Positions 14,901-30,355 of a stretch of 64,000 nucleotides of DNA are shown one piece after another (position 1 is the first letter of the stretch; each line of letters begins with the position of its first letter). The stretch comes from the human T2T-CHM13v2.0 reference genome, Homo sapiens. The notes below the pieces were generated by a model, which made no database searches, was not told the DNA's origin, and worked only from the letters and a program-made list of their open reading frames with translations. The position numbers and the translations under genes were made by a program. The stretch lies in the NCBI RefSeq assembly GCF_009914755.1, contig NC_060931.1. One strand, 5' to 3'.

Positions 14901-15979
14901 TATTTTTAAGTGAATAAATTTCTAAGTGAAATCAGTTATGACTTTCAAAGCAATTTTTAATCTGCTGCATTTTTATTAGTGATGAAAAGTATATGAGTTT
15001 TAATCATGAACACAATTTAAAAAGTCAACCAAAGACTTCAGGATGTTGTTCCTTGTTACTTCTGTCAGTGTAAATTTCATTAATACTATGGGTGATGAAT
15101 AATATGCAATGTTTAAGCTGTTTATATTTTCTACTTTAATAGACGTTCTGGCTTTACTATCAAAAAGAATGCAAGATTTATAATTTAGAAAACAAGAAGA
15201 AAAAGAGCATTGTGAAGGTCAAACTAGCTATTTGCATTTTAAAATAGCTACTTCTCTTTTAATGGACGTTGCTACAAATGTATAGCAATAACCCCTCAGC
15301 TGGCAAATAAGGAACATTGTATTAGTTTCCTGAGTTTCTTTAAAACACAACTGCTTCGTTTCCTCCCACAGATACTATGGTATTAGATGTTTTAATTGAA
15401 TTACTTAGAAAATATATCGTTTAGCTTCTTAATATAAAACTAATTTTAATCTGAGAAAATTTAAAAAAGTATTTTCTCATCCTTAAATTCTTTTTTCCAT
15501 TGTTTTCCAATTTAGCCCTATTGTGTCTACAACTCAGATTTTAATCTTTTTTTTACTAAAACAAATTTATTATTTAAAAAAATTAACTTTTCTTTTTTTC
15601 CTTATAAAAGTAACCTACATTTGTATCTTTAGTTCTAAAATTACAGGTGGCCCTAATTCTTTTCTCTTTGGTATCTGGAGAAAGTGAATGCAATTATGAT
15701 TAGCAGAAATGCTTTTTTTTCAATTGCACACTTTATTTAGTGGAAACAAAAGATGCATGTATGATTCAACTTCACAAAAGGAAAAGACTCAAAGCAACAC
15801 TGGTGATGAGCCGTTTCATATTCTTAGGTAGACGCAAGATCCCCGTACTTCCTGAAACCTTATCTAATAGTAAAATATTTTCTGACTGTTTCTCCAGTCT
15901 TTTACCACTCTTGTCAATGGATACACACCAAATACATAAATAATGTATGCAGGTTCATTTTGGGTACCATCTAGCTACA

Positions 15980-16210
15980 CAGCCCAGTGGAGTGGTTGAG
16001 TACAAAAGCCAGCCTAGCTTGAAATTTCAAGCTTTGACATTTTCTAGCTTCCTTGGGCAAGTTACTTAGCCTTTCCGTGCCTCAGTTTTCTTACCTATAA
16101 AATGAGAATAATGATAGTACCCTCATAATAGGGTGATTATGAGGATTGCATCAGGTAACTTTGTAAAGGTTCTGGAACATATAGCAAGTACTATATAAAT
16201 GTAATACGTA
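15980..16210 (+). mobile_element. MIR
   Basis: Core ccttgggcaagttacttagcctttccgtgcctcagttttcttacctataaaatgagaataatgatagtacc. Confidence 0.8.
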
Positions 16211-17102
16211 TGCAATTAAAATAGGCTTCAAGATACACAGATTACAGATAAAGAAATAGCTGTAGACAGAACATATCACTTTATTCACTCCACATTATTA
16301 CTTTTTACATTTTCAGGCTTCTTACTACCAACTAACAGGGTATATTATTAGTTCTCTTGTCTATGACATCTGATATACCTTCCTTCCTTTCAAAGAGTGC
16401 CAAACATTTTAAATGATACTTACATTTTTCTCCAATGTATGCTGCACAATTAAGTAGATTGATAGATATTTTTCATCAGCACAAAGAGAGGATCGCAATA
16501 CATATAAGACTTTATCTCTGCTGCAAAATATACCTTGAAAGAATTACATGTATAATGAAAATAACCCTGACAATGCCAACTTTATCTGCGAAATCACTGG
16601 CCGTTGACTTTCTGTGAAAGAGTTAAGTACGTTGCTGTATCAAATATTCAGTTACTCATTAATTAAAGTAGAACAAATTCAATACTTTTTTTGTTCAGCA
16701 GATTAACCAAAAACTACCATGTACCATGTTTGCAATTTATATTCATCCTATAAACTGCATATGCATTAAACATTTCCATCTGGAGCCCCGATGACTGTTT
16801 TTCTCCCATCTCATGCTTGATAAGCTGTTACTGATTAGACAGGGAATTCTGAAGCTGTTGAAAGCACAGATTTTTTTAAAGCTCTATCACCTTGGTATTC
16901 TTTATCTCTTAACAGACCTTGCTTGATGCCTGCAGGTTCCATTTTGGCTGCAATCCAGATAGGAACTATAGGTCCCCTGGCCACGATGGTCTAACACAGA
17001 CAACGTTATTTGGTATCTATCTAATTATTCCTCCATTAAAAAAAACTCTCTATCTAGTCTAATTTCTAATATTGAATTTTTCTTCTTTAATTGTCTCATT
17101 TA

Positions 17103-17398
<296 letters not shown>

Positions 17399-17479
17399 GT
17401 CTTATTTAATTTGATGTCAAACCTTAATTTAGTCTGTGACATACTCTGTAATATAACATAACTAGCATATTTTGGTGCA

Positions 17480-17690
17480 TGGTGTTTTCTAACTATTGTT
17501 ATAAAGATTTTACGCATTTTGACTGATTTAATCCTCACTAACTGTGCTACGAGGTAGATGTTATTATTATCCCCATTTAGTAGGAAAACTGAGGTCACAG
17601 GGAGGTTGAGTAACACAGCTAGGAGGCAGTAGAGCTCAGCCAGGAACCCAGAGCTTCTAATTCTGGGACCTGTGCTACCTGCCACCACAC
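17480..17690 (-). mobile_element. MIR
   Basis: atttaatcctcac...ttattatccccatttag..ggaaaactgagg core. Confidence 0.75.
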
Positions 17691-17814
17691 CACGGCCTGA
17701 CAGAGCTGTCTTCATCCCACCGTTAGTGGGACATGCAGTTTGGGATGTTGCTCCCGTGAAAAACAGTATTCAAAAGACCCACAGCCTGACTCCTTCTTTA
17801 TAATACACACCCTG

Positions 17815-17992
17815 GATAGCATTAGGAGATATACCTAATGCTAAATGACAAGTTAATGGTTGCGGCACACCAACATGGCATATGTATACATATGTAACAA
17901 AACTGCATGTTGTGCACATGTACCCTAAAACTTAAAGTATAATAATAATAATAATGATAATAATAATAATAATGCTAATAATAATACATTAA
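17815..17992 (+). mobile_element. L1PA 3'-end fragment with (AAT)n tail
   Basis: gatagcattaggagatatacctaatgctaaatgac...taccctaaaacttaaagtataataat. Confidence 0.92.
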
Positions 17993-18964
17993 TTATAATA
18001 CACTCCCTGCCTGACTCCTTCTTTATAATACACACCCTGCCACTTTGTGCTACCTGATAGGAATCATTTAATAGATTAAAAATGGAGTATATAATCTGTG
18101 TGCTATTAATAATTAAAAACAATGACAACAGCAAACACAATAACAATCCCATAGCTGCTGTTTGTTGAGAATCCCCACGTGTTTGTCCTTTCACAGTGTC
18201 TGTAAGCCGCGAGACTTACTGTCATGTGTCATCAGCACCTGATGAGATATTTTAAATATCACTTCATACTGAGACTCAGAAAAGTGCTCTTTCTTGTAAA
18301 AGGGCACAAAGTTAGTAAGTAGTAGAACCAGAATTCAAAGCCTAGTCCTTTTTTTTTTTTTTTTTTGCATAGCCATATGCTCTCTTATATACTAATTGGT
18401 TAGAACCCTCTAGCTTGAAAGCAACTCAGCTAGCCAGCAAATATCCCCCCAATTAGGAGGTGACTGATGTCATAACCAGATTGCTCCCTGTTCTCTTTTT
18501 GTTTGCTATAAACTTGATCCTTTGGATTTGTGCATATTCTAAAGATCACCCTGTCACCATGCCTGGAGGCAATTAAGTATAAGGGAGTAGTGTTTCAAGA
18601 TAATCTCCCACTGTGAAAACATGGGAATAATTATCCAACGTAAACATGTCATTTCTTTTCTAAATTACATGGATTCCTTTTTTGCACTTTAAACCTGGAT
18701 TATACATCTTACTCAACTTCGTATCCAGACCCAGGCATATACCAGCCAGGTGTATAGCATGAACTTAATAAATGTTGATTAAGTGAAGAGACTTAATAAT
18801 TAATAATTAACTAATATATGATGAAAGAATTTTAAAAATTCACTTGTTTGTCCATAGTTTCATGTAGTCAACAAATGCAATCAAAAGGCCAATGATATCC
18901 ATGAAGATAACATTTATTTTTTAACTAAAATCCTATGTTTTCTGTAATTGTATGGTAGCATAGA

Positions 18965-19072
18965 ATTTTATATATATAACATACATTCATATATAACATA
19001 TATAACATGTATATGACATATATATAACATATATATCTATATATAAAATAAATATATATAAATATATATATA
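18965..19072. repeat. (TA)n-rich simple repeat
   Basis: Directly visible. Confidence 0.85.
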
Positions 19073-19631
19073 AAACTTTGTGTCATTTCAATCCTGAGCT
19101 ATTTTTTATTTTTCTGCCTCATGTCAATTAGAATCAGTCTCCCCCTTTGATTCCAGTCAATTCAACCACCAGTCGTTTTCCTACCTCTTCCTGACCTCCT
19201 CACCAATATTGACTCTGGCTATGTATCCTGAAAAGTGAGAAAGATTAAACTGATATGAATGAAAATTAGAATAAATGTAAAATTCACACATAATATTGTT
19301 TATTTCTCCTCATATGGTACACAAATATACACTTAAATTTTATTTCATATGACATCAACATAGTGTATATTCAACAAAATATAACTCCTGATCCTGTCTT
19401 AAGGAGTATATAATCTAATGAAAGATTGAACACACAACAGTGCTAAGAACCAACAGCTATGAAGAAGGTGCAATATTCACAAAGAAACTGTCTTTGTGAT
19501 TTCAGGTAGTGCTCCTTAGTATCGGATTGTTGAGCCACATTTGAAAGAATGATTGTGAATTTATGAGAACATACACCAACGAGTGGACAGTGGGATGCCT
19601 CTATCCAGCAACACAGGCCACTGTCTCATAG

Positions 19632-20099
<468 letters not shown>

Positions 20100-21869
20100 G
20101 AGATTCATTAATCTTAAAGGCTTGGTCAAAGAGCAAGTATTAAAACAGGAATGTCACTTTCAGTTTCATCTTGTGCCGTTGGCCATTCATACCTTCCTGC
20201 TACATCTGTACAGTCTTCCACGCCCAGCTTGTGCTTCTAGAAGGAAATCAAATGAGACGATTTGTATGCTGGTGCTCTGAAAAGGAGGGAGCTAGAGGAT
20301 CAATAGGCTCTAGCTAATAGTTTTTTGGATCCGAATAATAATGTTTATAGAACTGGAAGACTGCAGTTTAGAATGGTCCTTGATCACTTATTCATTGGTC
20401 TGTTCAAGCAGGAAATACAATGGTTTCATTGAGTGCTAGGAAAAAAAAGAAAGGTAAAGGGTGTTGAATTCAGCCACTGGCTGGGCTTTGACCAGAAGGG
20501 AAAATCAGGGATTGGATGCTGCTATTTAAACATTAGCATTTACAAATTAATTGGTACCACGAAGAAAGGAAAAAGAAACTGAAAACTGTGATTACCAAAG
20601 AATAGTTTAGGACCAACATGCTCCCCTTTTCTTTACATTTGCTTAGGCCTTTTATCGCTGCCTCTTTGAACTGAGGCTGAGATTCACTTTTTTGTTTATA
20701 AGGGCTTACTTGTTACTGAGAACAGAGCCAAAATGGGCTTGCAGCATCTGCTCATAACTCATTAACCAGAACTTGGTCGTGTGACCACCAACACTTAGAT
20801 GCAAAGGAGAATAGAAAACTAGTCTGAGTTCTGTAGCCACGTACCCAGCTAAAAGCTGCAATTTGTATCACTAAAGTAAAGCTCACCTTGCGCTTTCATT
20901 GAACAGCTAGCAGTCTCTGCCGTGCGATTTACTTCCTCGCCCCTAGACAAATGGAGGAGAGAATTCCTCCTCTTCTGTGCTTTGAAAGATCACAATTGTC
21001 ATAATTTTTAAGAGGAAATTTAAAATATACATTTAAGGAAGGTTTAATCTTTAGTTCTTACTAAAAATTCTGATCTGACTCAAACTGATTCAAAAAGCAA
21101 GGAAATTCAGTTTCCTATATGATGGAAGTGTCAGGGTGGAACAGATCTCAGGAATTAGTTGACCCACTGACCTGATGCTTTGGGAGCCATTTGGGAGCCA
21201 TTCCGGCATCACTGCGTGTCCTGAGCCTGGCTCCCATCTTGGGGTCAAGATGGCCACACCCTTTCAGTTCTCACAGACACACACTGCAATTTCCAGAGGC
21301 AGGGTGAGGCCATCTGCTCTGCCGCCATGTTCTTCTCAGGAATCGGCGGCCTTCCCGAAGGTGTTCTCAGCACGCCTCTCATCCTCTCTCGCTGTAGCTG
21401 AGTCACATCCCCATGTTTCATCCAAGTAGCGGCAAGGAAATGGGATTGCCTCGGTTGACTTGGATAGTTCAGGACTGGCTCCCTTGCAGAGAAAAGAGAG
21501 TCGCTTCCCTTGAATTATATGAGGACTGGATGGACACTGGACACCCAATGAGTAAAATCAAGGCTTGTCTGAGGTCAACAGTAACACCACCAAAAGCAAC
21601 AAAGAGGAAATGGATGTTAGGTCGGCAAACACTGTCTGCTACAGTTCATAACGTAGTTTCGAGAGCCTTCAAAAGTATTAATGACAAACTAACGTTTGGA
21701 ATATGGGGAACACTGTATTTTGCTTCTAGTGATTTGGAGAAGTAGGCAATAATGTCGCTCACCTCTACTAAATGTATATTGTAATGTGTACATTAAATTT
21801 AAAATTGTACAAATGATTTCTCATCCTCAAAAGACTAACTCGTTTTCAGGTTAAAAGTAAACATCATTT

Positions 21870-23200
21870 TATATATATATATACATATATATATATGTAT
21901 ATATATATATACACATATATATGTATATATATATACACACACACGTCTATAATGCTATATATAAAAAATATATCTGTATGTGTGTATATATCTATAATGC
22001 TATATATACATATATAATACATATTATATATGATACATAGATATATAATGTATTATATATTTATATAGCATGTGTATATACATATATGCTATATATAGGA
22101 TTATATATGTGTATACACATATATGTATATATTATATATACATATACACATGTATGTACATATTATATACATATACACATGTATGTACATATTATATACA
22201 TATACACATGTATGTACATATTATATACATATACACATGTATGTATATATTATATGCATATATACATATACACATGTATGTATATATTATATAGCATTAT
22301 ATATAGCATTATATATGTGTATACACATATATGTATATATAATACATATATACATAATGCTATATATGTATATATAATACATATATGCATAATGCTATAT
22401 ATGTATATATAATACATATATGCATAATGCTATATATGTATATATAATACATATATGCATAATGCTATATATGTATATATAATACATATATGCATAATGC
22501 TATATATGTATATATAATACATATATGCATAATGCTATATATGTATATATAATACATATATGCATAATGCTATATATGTATATATAATACATATATGCAT
22601 AATGCTATATATGTATATATAATACATATATGCATAATGCTATATATGTATATATAATCCATATATGCATAATGCTATATATGTATATATAATATATGCA
22701 TAATGCTATATATGTATATATAATACATATATGCATAATGCTATATATGTATATATAATACATATATGCATAATGCTATATATGTATATACACATATATG
22801 CACATAGCATGCTTATAAATGCTCTATATTGTATATACATATAATACTATATATAATATATAATAATATAATAATATATACATGTATATACATATGTACA
22901 TATAGCATATATAATGCTATATAAGCATGCTATATGTATATATGTATATACATGTATACGTTATACCATATACTATATAATATATAGCATATATAAGCAT
23001 GCTATATGTATACATAATGCATATATAATATATAATGCTGTATGATAATTATATATAATGTATATAATATGTGATATATGATATATAATATGTAACATGA
23101 TGATGTAATACATATAATTTTATGTATTTTATTATATATAATTTATATATATGCTATGTATAGGCACACACATATAGTGTTTGTGTGTGTATATATATGT
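21870..23200. repeat. Compound TA-rich minisatellite (29-bp and 35-bp units)
   Basis: catatacacatgtatgtacatattatata about 4 times from 22141; gcataatgctatatatgtatatataatacatatat about 13 times from ~22352 to ~22790. Confidence 0.95.
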
Positions 23201-23571
23201 AGCATGAGGTTGTGAGCTAGTCAAACTTTAGTCATATCATTTAATATCTCAAGTTTACATTGATGAAATATTTATAATGAAATCCTTTGCTACCCACTAA
23301 CTCTGAGAGGTTTGAGTACTTATAAAATCAGGCTTATTTTTTTCTCAAAGTTGAGAAAAGCATTTTTTCTCCAAGTTAGAAAAGCATTTTTTGTTGTTTA
23401 TTAATAAACCAATCAAAGCTGATGTCTTTTGGTTTGAGAAAAACAAATAATTTTCTTAAGAAAAGTGTGATGAAAATTATAGCATCTTTAATGACTTTGT
23501 TCTCCATCTCCTAGTATTGTTATCTTTGTATGTATCCCTTTTGCCTGGGCTGGGAAAACTGTACTGTAGGT

Positions 23572-23909
23572 CAGGGGTTCCCAGCCTCCAGGCCACGGAC
23601 CTATACTGGTCCATGGCTTGTTAGGAACCCGGCCACAGCATCAGAAGGTGCCCAGTGGGCAAGCGAATGTTCCCACCTGAGCTCTGCCTCCTGTCAGATG
23701 AGTGCCCGCATTAGATTCTCATAGGAGCACTAACCCTACTGTGAACTGCACATGCAAGGGATCTAGGATGAACACTCATGAGAATCTAGTGCCTGATGAT
23801 CTGAAGTGGAACAACTTCATCCCAAAACCCACCCCCAAGCCCAACCTGTCCGTGGAAAAATTGTCTCCCAAAACACTGGCCCTGGTGCCAGAAAGGTTGG
23901 AGATCGCTG
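23572..23909 (+). mobile_element. MER1B (hAT-Charlie)
   Basis: caggggttccc start, ttggagatcgctg end, 338 bp, degenerate 8-bp TSD ctgtaggt/ccataggt. Confidence 0.88.
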
Positions 23910-24734
23910 CCATAGGTGATATCTCTCCTAGAACCATACACCTCTGGTTTTAAGAGCTAAAAACATACAGACTTATTCTGTAAGTGTAAACATTTTACTG
24001 TGTGTTACCTGGCCAATTCTTCACAGCTGATCATTGTATATTTTTAAATTCTCTTCATGTCTCATCGTTTTATTAGCGTGTTTCTTCCCATTATGCCATT
24101 CTGAAATCCTTTTACAAGTTGTCCTCTGGTCCAGTGATCTGGTGATACAAATGATTGATAGCAATAAACATATCATTTGCATCTGCAACCCAAATGTCCT
24201 GTGTGTTCCTGTAGAAATTATGTAGCTAAGACACGCACACGAAAGCTCTGTAAGTCAAAGAGTAGCGTCGTGTTTTTCCAAATAAATTTTTCTTTAAACC
24301 TTGGAGCCTCATTGAAGCACAACTTGAAATGGTAGAAAAACCCAGTGGGGCATGTCACCAAAAGCAGTTTCCTACCGCAGCTTCCAAGAGAACTTCATTA
24401 GTGTTTTCAACCTGAATACTAATCAATGGCATAAACTCTAAGGAAATTTTAATATGAATATTTTTAAAGGAGCATTTTAATGTGAACGTAGTGAAAATAC
24501 AAAATCATATTTAAATAGGAAAGAAAGGGATATCTCTGGGCTCAATGAGTTTTGAAAGAGGAGAGGTTTGAAGAATAAATGAGTTTACAGAAAATAAACA
24601 AAAATATGAAACAAAGAAGAAAATAGATACAGAGAAGCAAAAGTATAAAAATAGCAACATTTAAAATTTTTATCTATGCTCTTTTTGATACATCCACAGA
24701 AAATATGTTTCTCTTTCTTTTTCTTTTCATAAAA

Positions 24735-25051
24735 TTTATTTTTATTTTTAATTTTTTTAAATTACTTTTTTGAGACAGATTTCTCTCTATCACCCAGAAT
24801 GGAGTGCAATGGCATGATCATGGCTCATGGCAGCCTCAGTTTCCTGGCTCAGTCAGTAATCCCACCTCAGCCTCCTAAGTAGCTGAAAACAGGCATGCAC
24901 CACCATATGTAGCTAATATTTTTTAAATTATTTCTGTGGAGACAGGGTCTCTCTATGTTGCCCAGGCTGGCTCAAACTCCTGGGCTCCAGCGATTCTCCA
25001 CCCCAGCCTCCCAAATCGCTGGAATTATAAGCATGACCACCTAGTCTGGCC
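24735..25051 (-). mobile_element. AluJ
   Basis: Diverged reverse Alu; gatcatggctca..gcagcctc and aaactcctgggctc diagnostics. Confidence 0.88.
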
Positions 25052-26009
25052 ATACAGAAGATACATAATCTTAGACCCCCTTCCTCATGTAACATGTAGC
25101 ACTTTCTCTAACTATATCAAATAATGTCTGGGAAACAGCAATTTTAAATCTTTAGTATGGTATAATTATTGTCAAAGCAAAACAAGATGAAACTTCAGAA
25201 AAGTCTAGTACAGAGCTTCAACGAATTCAAGTTAAGTTTTACACCTGTTACTCCCTGATACTTAGAAAAGTTTTATGCTTGCCTCTATTGTGCTTAGAGA
25301 GAATGTTGTGGTTTGTAGGAAAATAGACACTGGTAAGTGTAACTGTATCTGAAATTTGCACACTTCACCAGTGTGTCTGGTTATTATCTACATGGTGGAC
25401 CTTCAGTGACTGGAGGACCTCTCTTTCCATTCAAGCTGTCTTTTTATTAACCGTTCTCTGGGGCCTCAAGTTCCCTCTGCAGCATTTATTTCCCTTTGAG
25501 TTAAGTATTGTTCCCATTATTGTCTTAGAAACGTTAAGTATCATTAGATACAGTATCTCATTGTGGATTATGTTATCAGATTCTTTGCAATGTGTCTCTT
25601 AACAAAAGGATATTGAGTGGCAGAGTGGGGAGTGGAAAATCACTGAAAAAAGAGGACACCGAAGAGACACATGAATTTTCTTTGTTCTGTTTTTTTTAAC
25701 CAGTGGTCATCCCTAGCAAAGATGTGTGTAAGTGCATTAAAAACATTTGTGTGTAGCGAAAGTGGTGAATTTCTCTATGCAACATATTTAAAAGTCATTG
25801 TTTGTACCTCACTTGCATGGCTATTTGGCCCTATAAATATTGGCTCTTGTCTAATGACATTTTCTATTTCACTTTTTAATAGAATTTGCTGTAAAATGGA
25901 TACTACAGAAACAGCATTTTATTTTCATTCTTGGCAAAATCATTTCCACCCAAAGTGGGGGAGCTCCTAACAATGGTTGCTTCTACTTTATTTATAAGAA
26001 AAATAATCA

Positions 26010-26384
<375 letters not shown>

Positions 26385-26981
26385 TTAACGTGGAAATTCT
26401 TGCTTGCAGCTTCCACTAATCAATCTCGCTAACCTCAGGACTCTAACTTTCATTTTCCTAATTCACATTTCAAAACCTTTCTAAATTTCAAGAGGGAATG
26501 ATTTATCAAATCATCTAACTCTTTCAAATTTTGGAGAAATAAATCTCACTTGGATCACTAAAAATAAAGAAAAGGATCACTATGGAATAATGACCCTTTA
26601 ATAGAAAAAGAAAATATTTCTAACATAAATATTGGAGCTTTTCTGTGGTAGCTGTCAAATCCAGGAGTTTGGAAATTGGAAAACTAGAAATTAGAAAAGA
26701 ACAAAAAATAGATGTTTTAAAGTTGCAAAGCTCCTTTTCTAACCTTAAATTTTGAGGTTACAATCAGTTTAAATTTTAAGGTTTAAAGCCAGTTTCTAAA
26801 TCTTAAAACTATATTATTTACAAGACAATTCAAGTGACAAAATACATAGTAGTCAGTCATAAACTAAATCAGATTCTAAAATATTATGTCATATTATGAA
26901 GCAGTATGTAACTAAAGGGCTGGTGATTGAGCCCTGAAGGGCCGTGTCAGGTCTTCTACTTGTTTTCAAAATCAAGGCTGA

Positions 26982-27316
26982 AGCTGGGTGCAGTTCCCAC
27001 CTGTAATTCCAACACTTTGGAAGGCCAAGGCAGGAAAATGGCTTGAGCCTACGAGTTCAAGATCAGCCTGCAACATAGAGAGACCCCATCTCTACACAAA
27101 AATACAAAAATTAGCTGGACATGGTGGTGCCTCCCTGTAATCCTAGCTACTCAGGAGGCTGAGGCAGGAAGATTGCTTGAGCCCCGGAGTTCAAGGCTGC
27201 AGTGGGCTGTGATCATACCACTTCAATCCAGCCTGGGTGACAGAGCAAGATGCTGTCTCCAAATAAATAAATGAAAGAAGAAAGAAAGAGAAAGAGAGAA
27301 AGAGAGACAGAGAGAT

Positions 27317-27351
<35 letters not shown>

Positions 27352-27360
27352 AAGAAAAGC
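26982..27360 (+). mobile_element. AluJ followed by a GA-rich simple repeat
   Basis: gcttgagccc..gagttcaaggctgcagtg diagnostics; (GA/GAAA)n at ~27272-27360. Confidence 0.88.
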
Positions 27361-28635
27361 AAGACTGCTTCTCCCAGCAATTTGTTAGGATCCTGGCTGT
27401 CCGCCCAAGATGGGTTAGATGAATGGCTGACAAGGAATTTGTTTTCTACCACTGTCACATGGGAGCTACATTACCCCAGCTGTTGCCCCTGCAGAGAGAA
27501 TTATCTGTATGTTCCGTGTATGCATCCCACCTTTTCAACATCTTGTAGCAGTTCCACTTGAGAAGTTTCAAGTGATCGGAGTCCTGGCCCTCCCACTTCA
27601 TTGTCTCCATAATCCCTAGCATTGCACTTCTCTGTTTGTCAATGTCTATAAATGGTCTCTTTGCAAGGCTTCTCATGCTATGTATAAAACCTTTATAAAT
27701 AGCATCCACTGCGACTCACACAGAGCCACTTGGAAAAACATTCTTGTCTTGTTTTTCTCACATATGTCTAAAATTTTACACTTTTTCCTTTATTTTTACT
27801 TGATTTAGCTAATTTATTCTTAACCACAGCATTGTGGTTTAGTAATTGAGACATTTTCTTCATTTTGAACTCCAGAGTCTCATCAACTTTAGTCATGAAA
27901 TACAAAAATTGGAAATAAGTCTTTGTTATAAATCTAGGCCTTGGGTAGGAGTTAACTAAGTTTGGTAGTTTGAAAGTTATAGAAACCAAAGTTTACATTG
28001 AATACATACAGCCAACCAGGTGTTATGACACTGAATTCCTATATTCAATAAATATTAGTTGTTTTCTGGGTGGCAAATTCATAAGCTATAAAGAAATTCT
28101 GGCTTATATTATGCTGATGTGGACAGAATTACAGATGATGGACTTGAAGGTGTTCATATAAGCACCCGTCCTCACTCTGCACCAAAGGTGTCTCAGGGCC
28201 TAGTGAGGGGGCAGTGCCAGAAGCCTCCAAAATACTTGTTTCTCTGAAATGTTCTTCAGTACAGAAAGCAGTGGAAGCAGAGTAGACTGAATTATGTATT
28301 TTTTCAGCTTTCACTTTATGTCTCTACAGTTTGCTCTCTTCCTCACTGGGGAGAAAATAAACCAGCTACCTCAGGGAAGTCAGCACAAATACAGAACAGT
28401 AAGGGAGGGTCCCATAGTCACCAAGCAAGACGCCCAATTTGTCCTAAATCCATTCATGCATGTTATGGTAAAAATATGGCCCTGTTCTCCTTCCAGGCAT
28501 GAGTCAATGTTGCTAAGTGGGTGGATTAGAATAGTCATTATTTCAAATCAATTAGACAAATACTTAATATGTTGCCACTCCAGCTACTGTGAACCAGATC
28601 TTGATTTAGTAAAGAAGACTGATATAGAACATATA

Positions 28636-28639
<4 letters not shown>

Positions 28640-28667
<28 letters not shown>
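28640..28667. repeat. (TG)n microsatellite
   Basis: Directly visible. Confidence 0.9.
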
Positions 28668-28671
<4 letters not shown>

Positions 28672-29362
28672 AATTCTCTGGTATTTACAACAAGGGCTGT
28701 ACTGTTGTGCTAGGCTAAATATTAGCAAAAAGAGAGGGAAATATGACATGTTTTACCTGAATGGGATTAAATCTTTTATTTTACACTTGCTCAAGGTCAT
28801 ACATTTATTCTTACTGGTCCCAGGTAACTGCAGCCATGAATATTTTTCTTAATTTATTCAGATACTTTTTTAATGTTCTAGAATTAAAATAATTTAATCT
28901 TCAGAAATGTGTATCTCTTTTAGCATTATCAAGCAACTAAGAATATAAGTAATAATTATAAATTGTTGTGTTAGATTTTACTTCTAACACCTTCCAATTG
29001 TTTATTAAAACAATTGATATAATTATTCTTTGTAAAAATTAACAATATTGACAATTATATGTGGTTTTTAGGATGTAATATTTTTGCTGCAATTGGCTAA
29101 TTTTGATACTTTTCTTACATAAATTTTAAGTGATTGTCCAGTCACCCGTGAAAGCGTTTCAATGTCTGTGGATTTTATGTTTTAAAATTGCATTTGAAAT
29201 AGTCCAATTCATAATGTGCTAAAATAATCAAGAAATGTTCTCTAAAATCCTGAATTCTTCCATTTAGGATCTAACTTAAAATTCAAAATTAAAAATAAAT
29301 GAAAAATTAAGCTTGGGCAAGTCAATCAGAATAAGAGATGCTTAATTTCTGTAGTTGAAGGG

Positions 29363-29663
29363 AGAAAATTAAAGTGATGTCAGCTTTCTCATGACCCAAG
29401 AAGTATGTAGTTGAATCAATAGCATCATGAACGCCCCATCGGATGATCATGGAGTCTCTTAGATTCCTCGTCCCCTTCCTTCTTTCCTTAAACAGACCCA
29501 GAAAGTGAATCGGTTTCCTCATGGGCAAATAAACCAAGCCTAGATCCTGATCTCTGGGCTCAGAGCCAATGCTCTTCTGTATCCTGATGGGATGGTCATG
29601 ATGCTATTGACTCAACTACGTATTTCTTCGGTCATGAGAAAGCTGGCATCACTTTAATTTTCT
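29363..29663. repeat. 78-bp inverted repeat with a 145-bp spacer
   Basis: 29363-29440 versus the reverse complement of 29586-29663: 70/78 identical, ungapped. Confidence 0.95.
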
Positions 29664-29735
29664 GAAAAATGCTCTGCCTCAGCATGCTCTTTGTCGTGCC
29701 AACCCTTGGAATGAAGGCATGTGCTATGATTCTAA

Positions 29736-30355
<620 letters not shown>

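Noticed and set aside
21120-21560. GC-richer patch with overlapping ORFs
   Set aside because: Motifs resemble an old MLT1-type LTR; no coding signature.
22070-22412. Y/I/H/M-rich ORFs
   Set aside because: Translation artefacts of the TA repeat.
22352-22790. 35-bp repeats of CRISPR-like length
   Set aside because: Head-to-tail with no unique spacers, in eukaryotic DNA with no cas genes; it is a minisatellite.
28294-28713. 139-aa ORF
   Set aside because: No recognisable homology, runs through a (TG)n repeat, no supporting gene structure.
29363-29663. miR-548/MADE1 identity for the hairpin
   Set aside because: The arms lack the MADE1 terminus (ttaggttggtgcaaaag) and the geometry differs from an ~80-bp MADE1.
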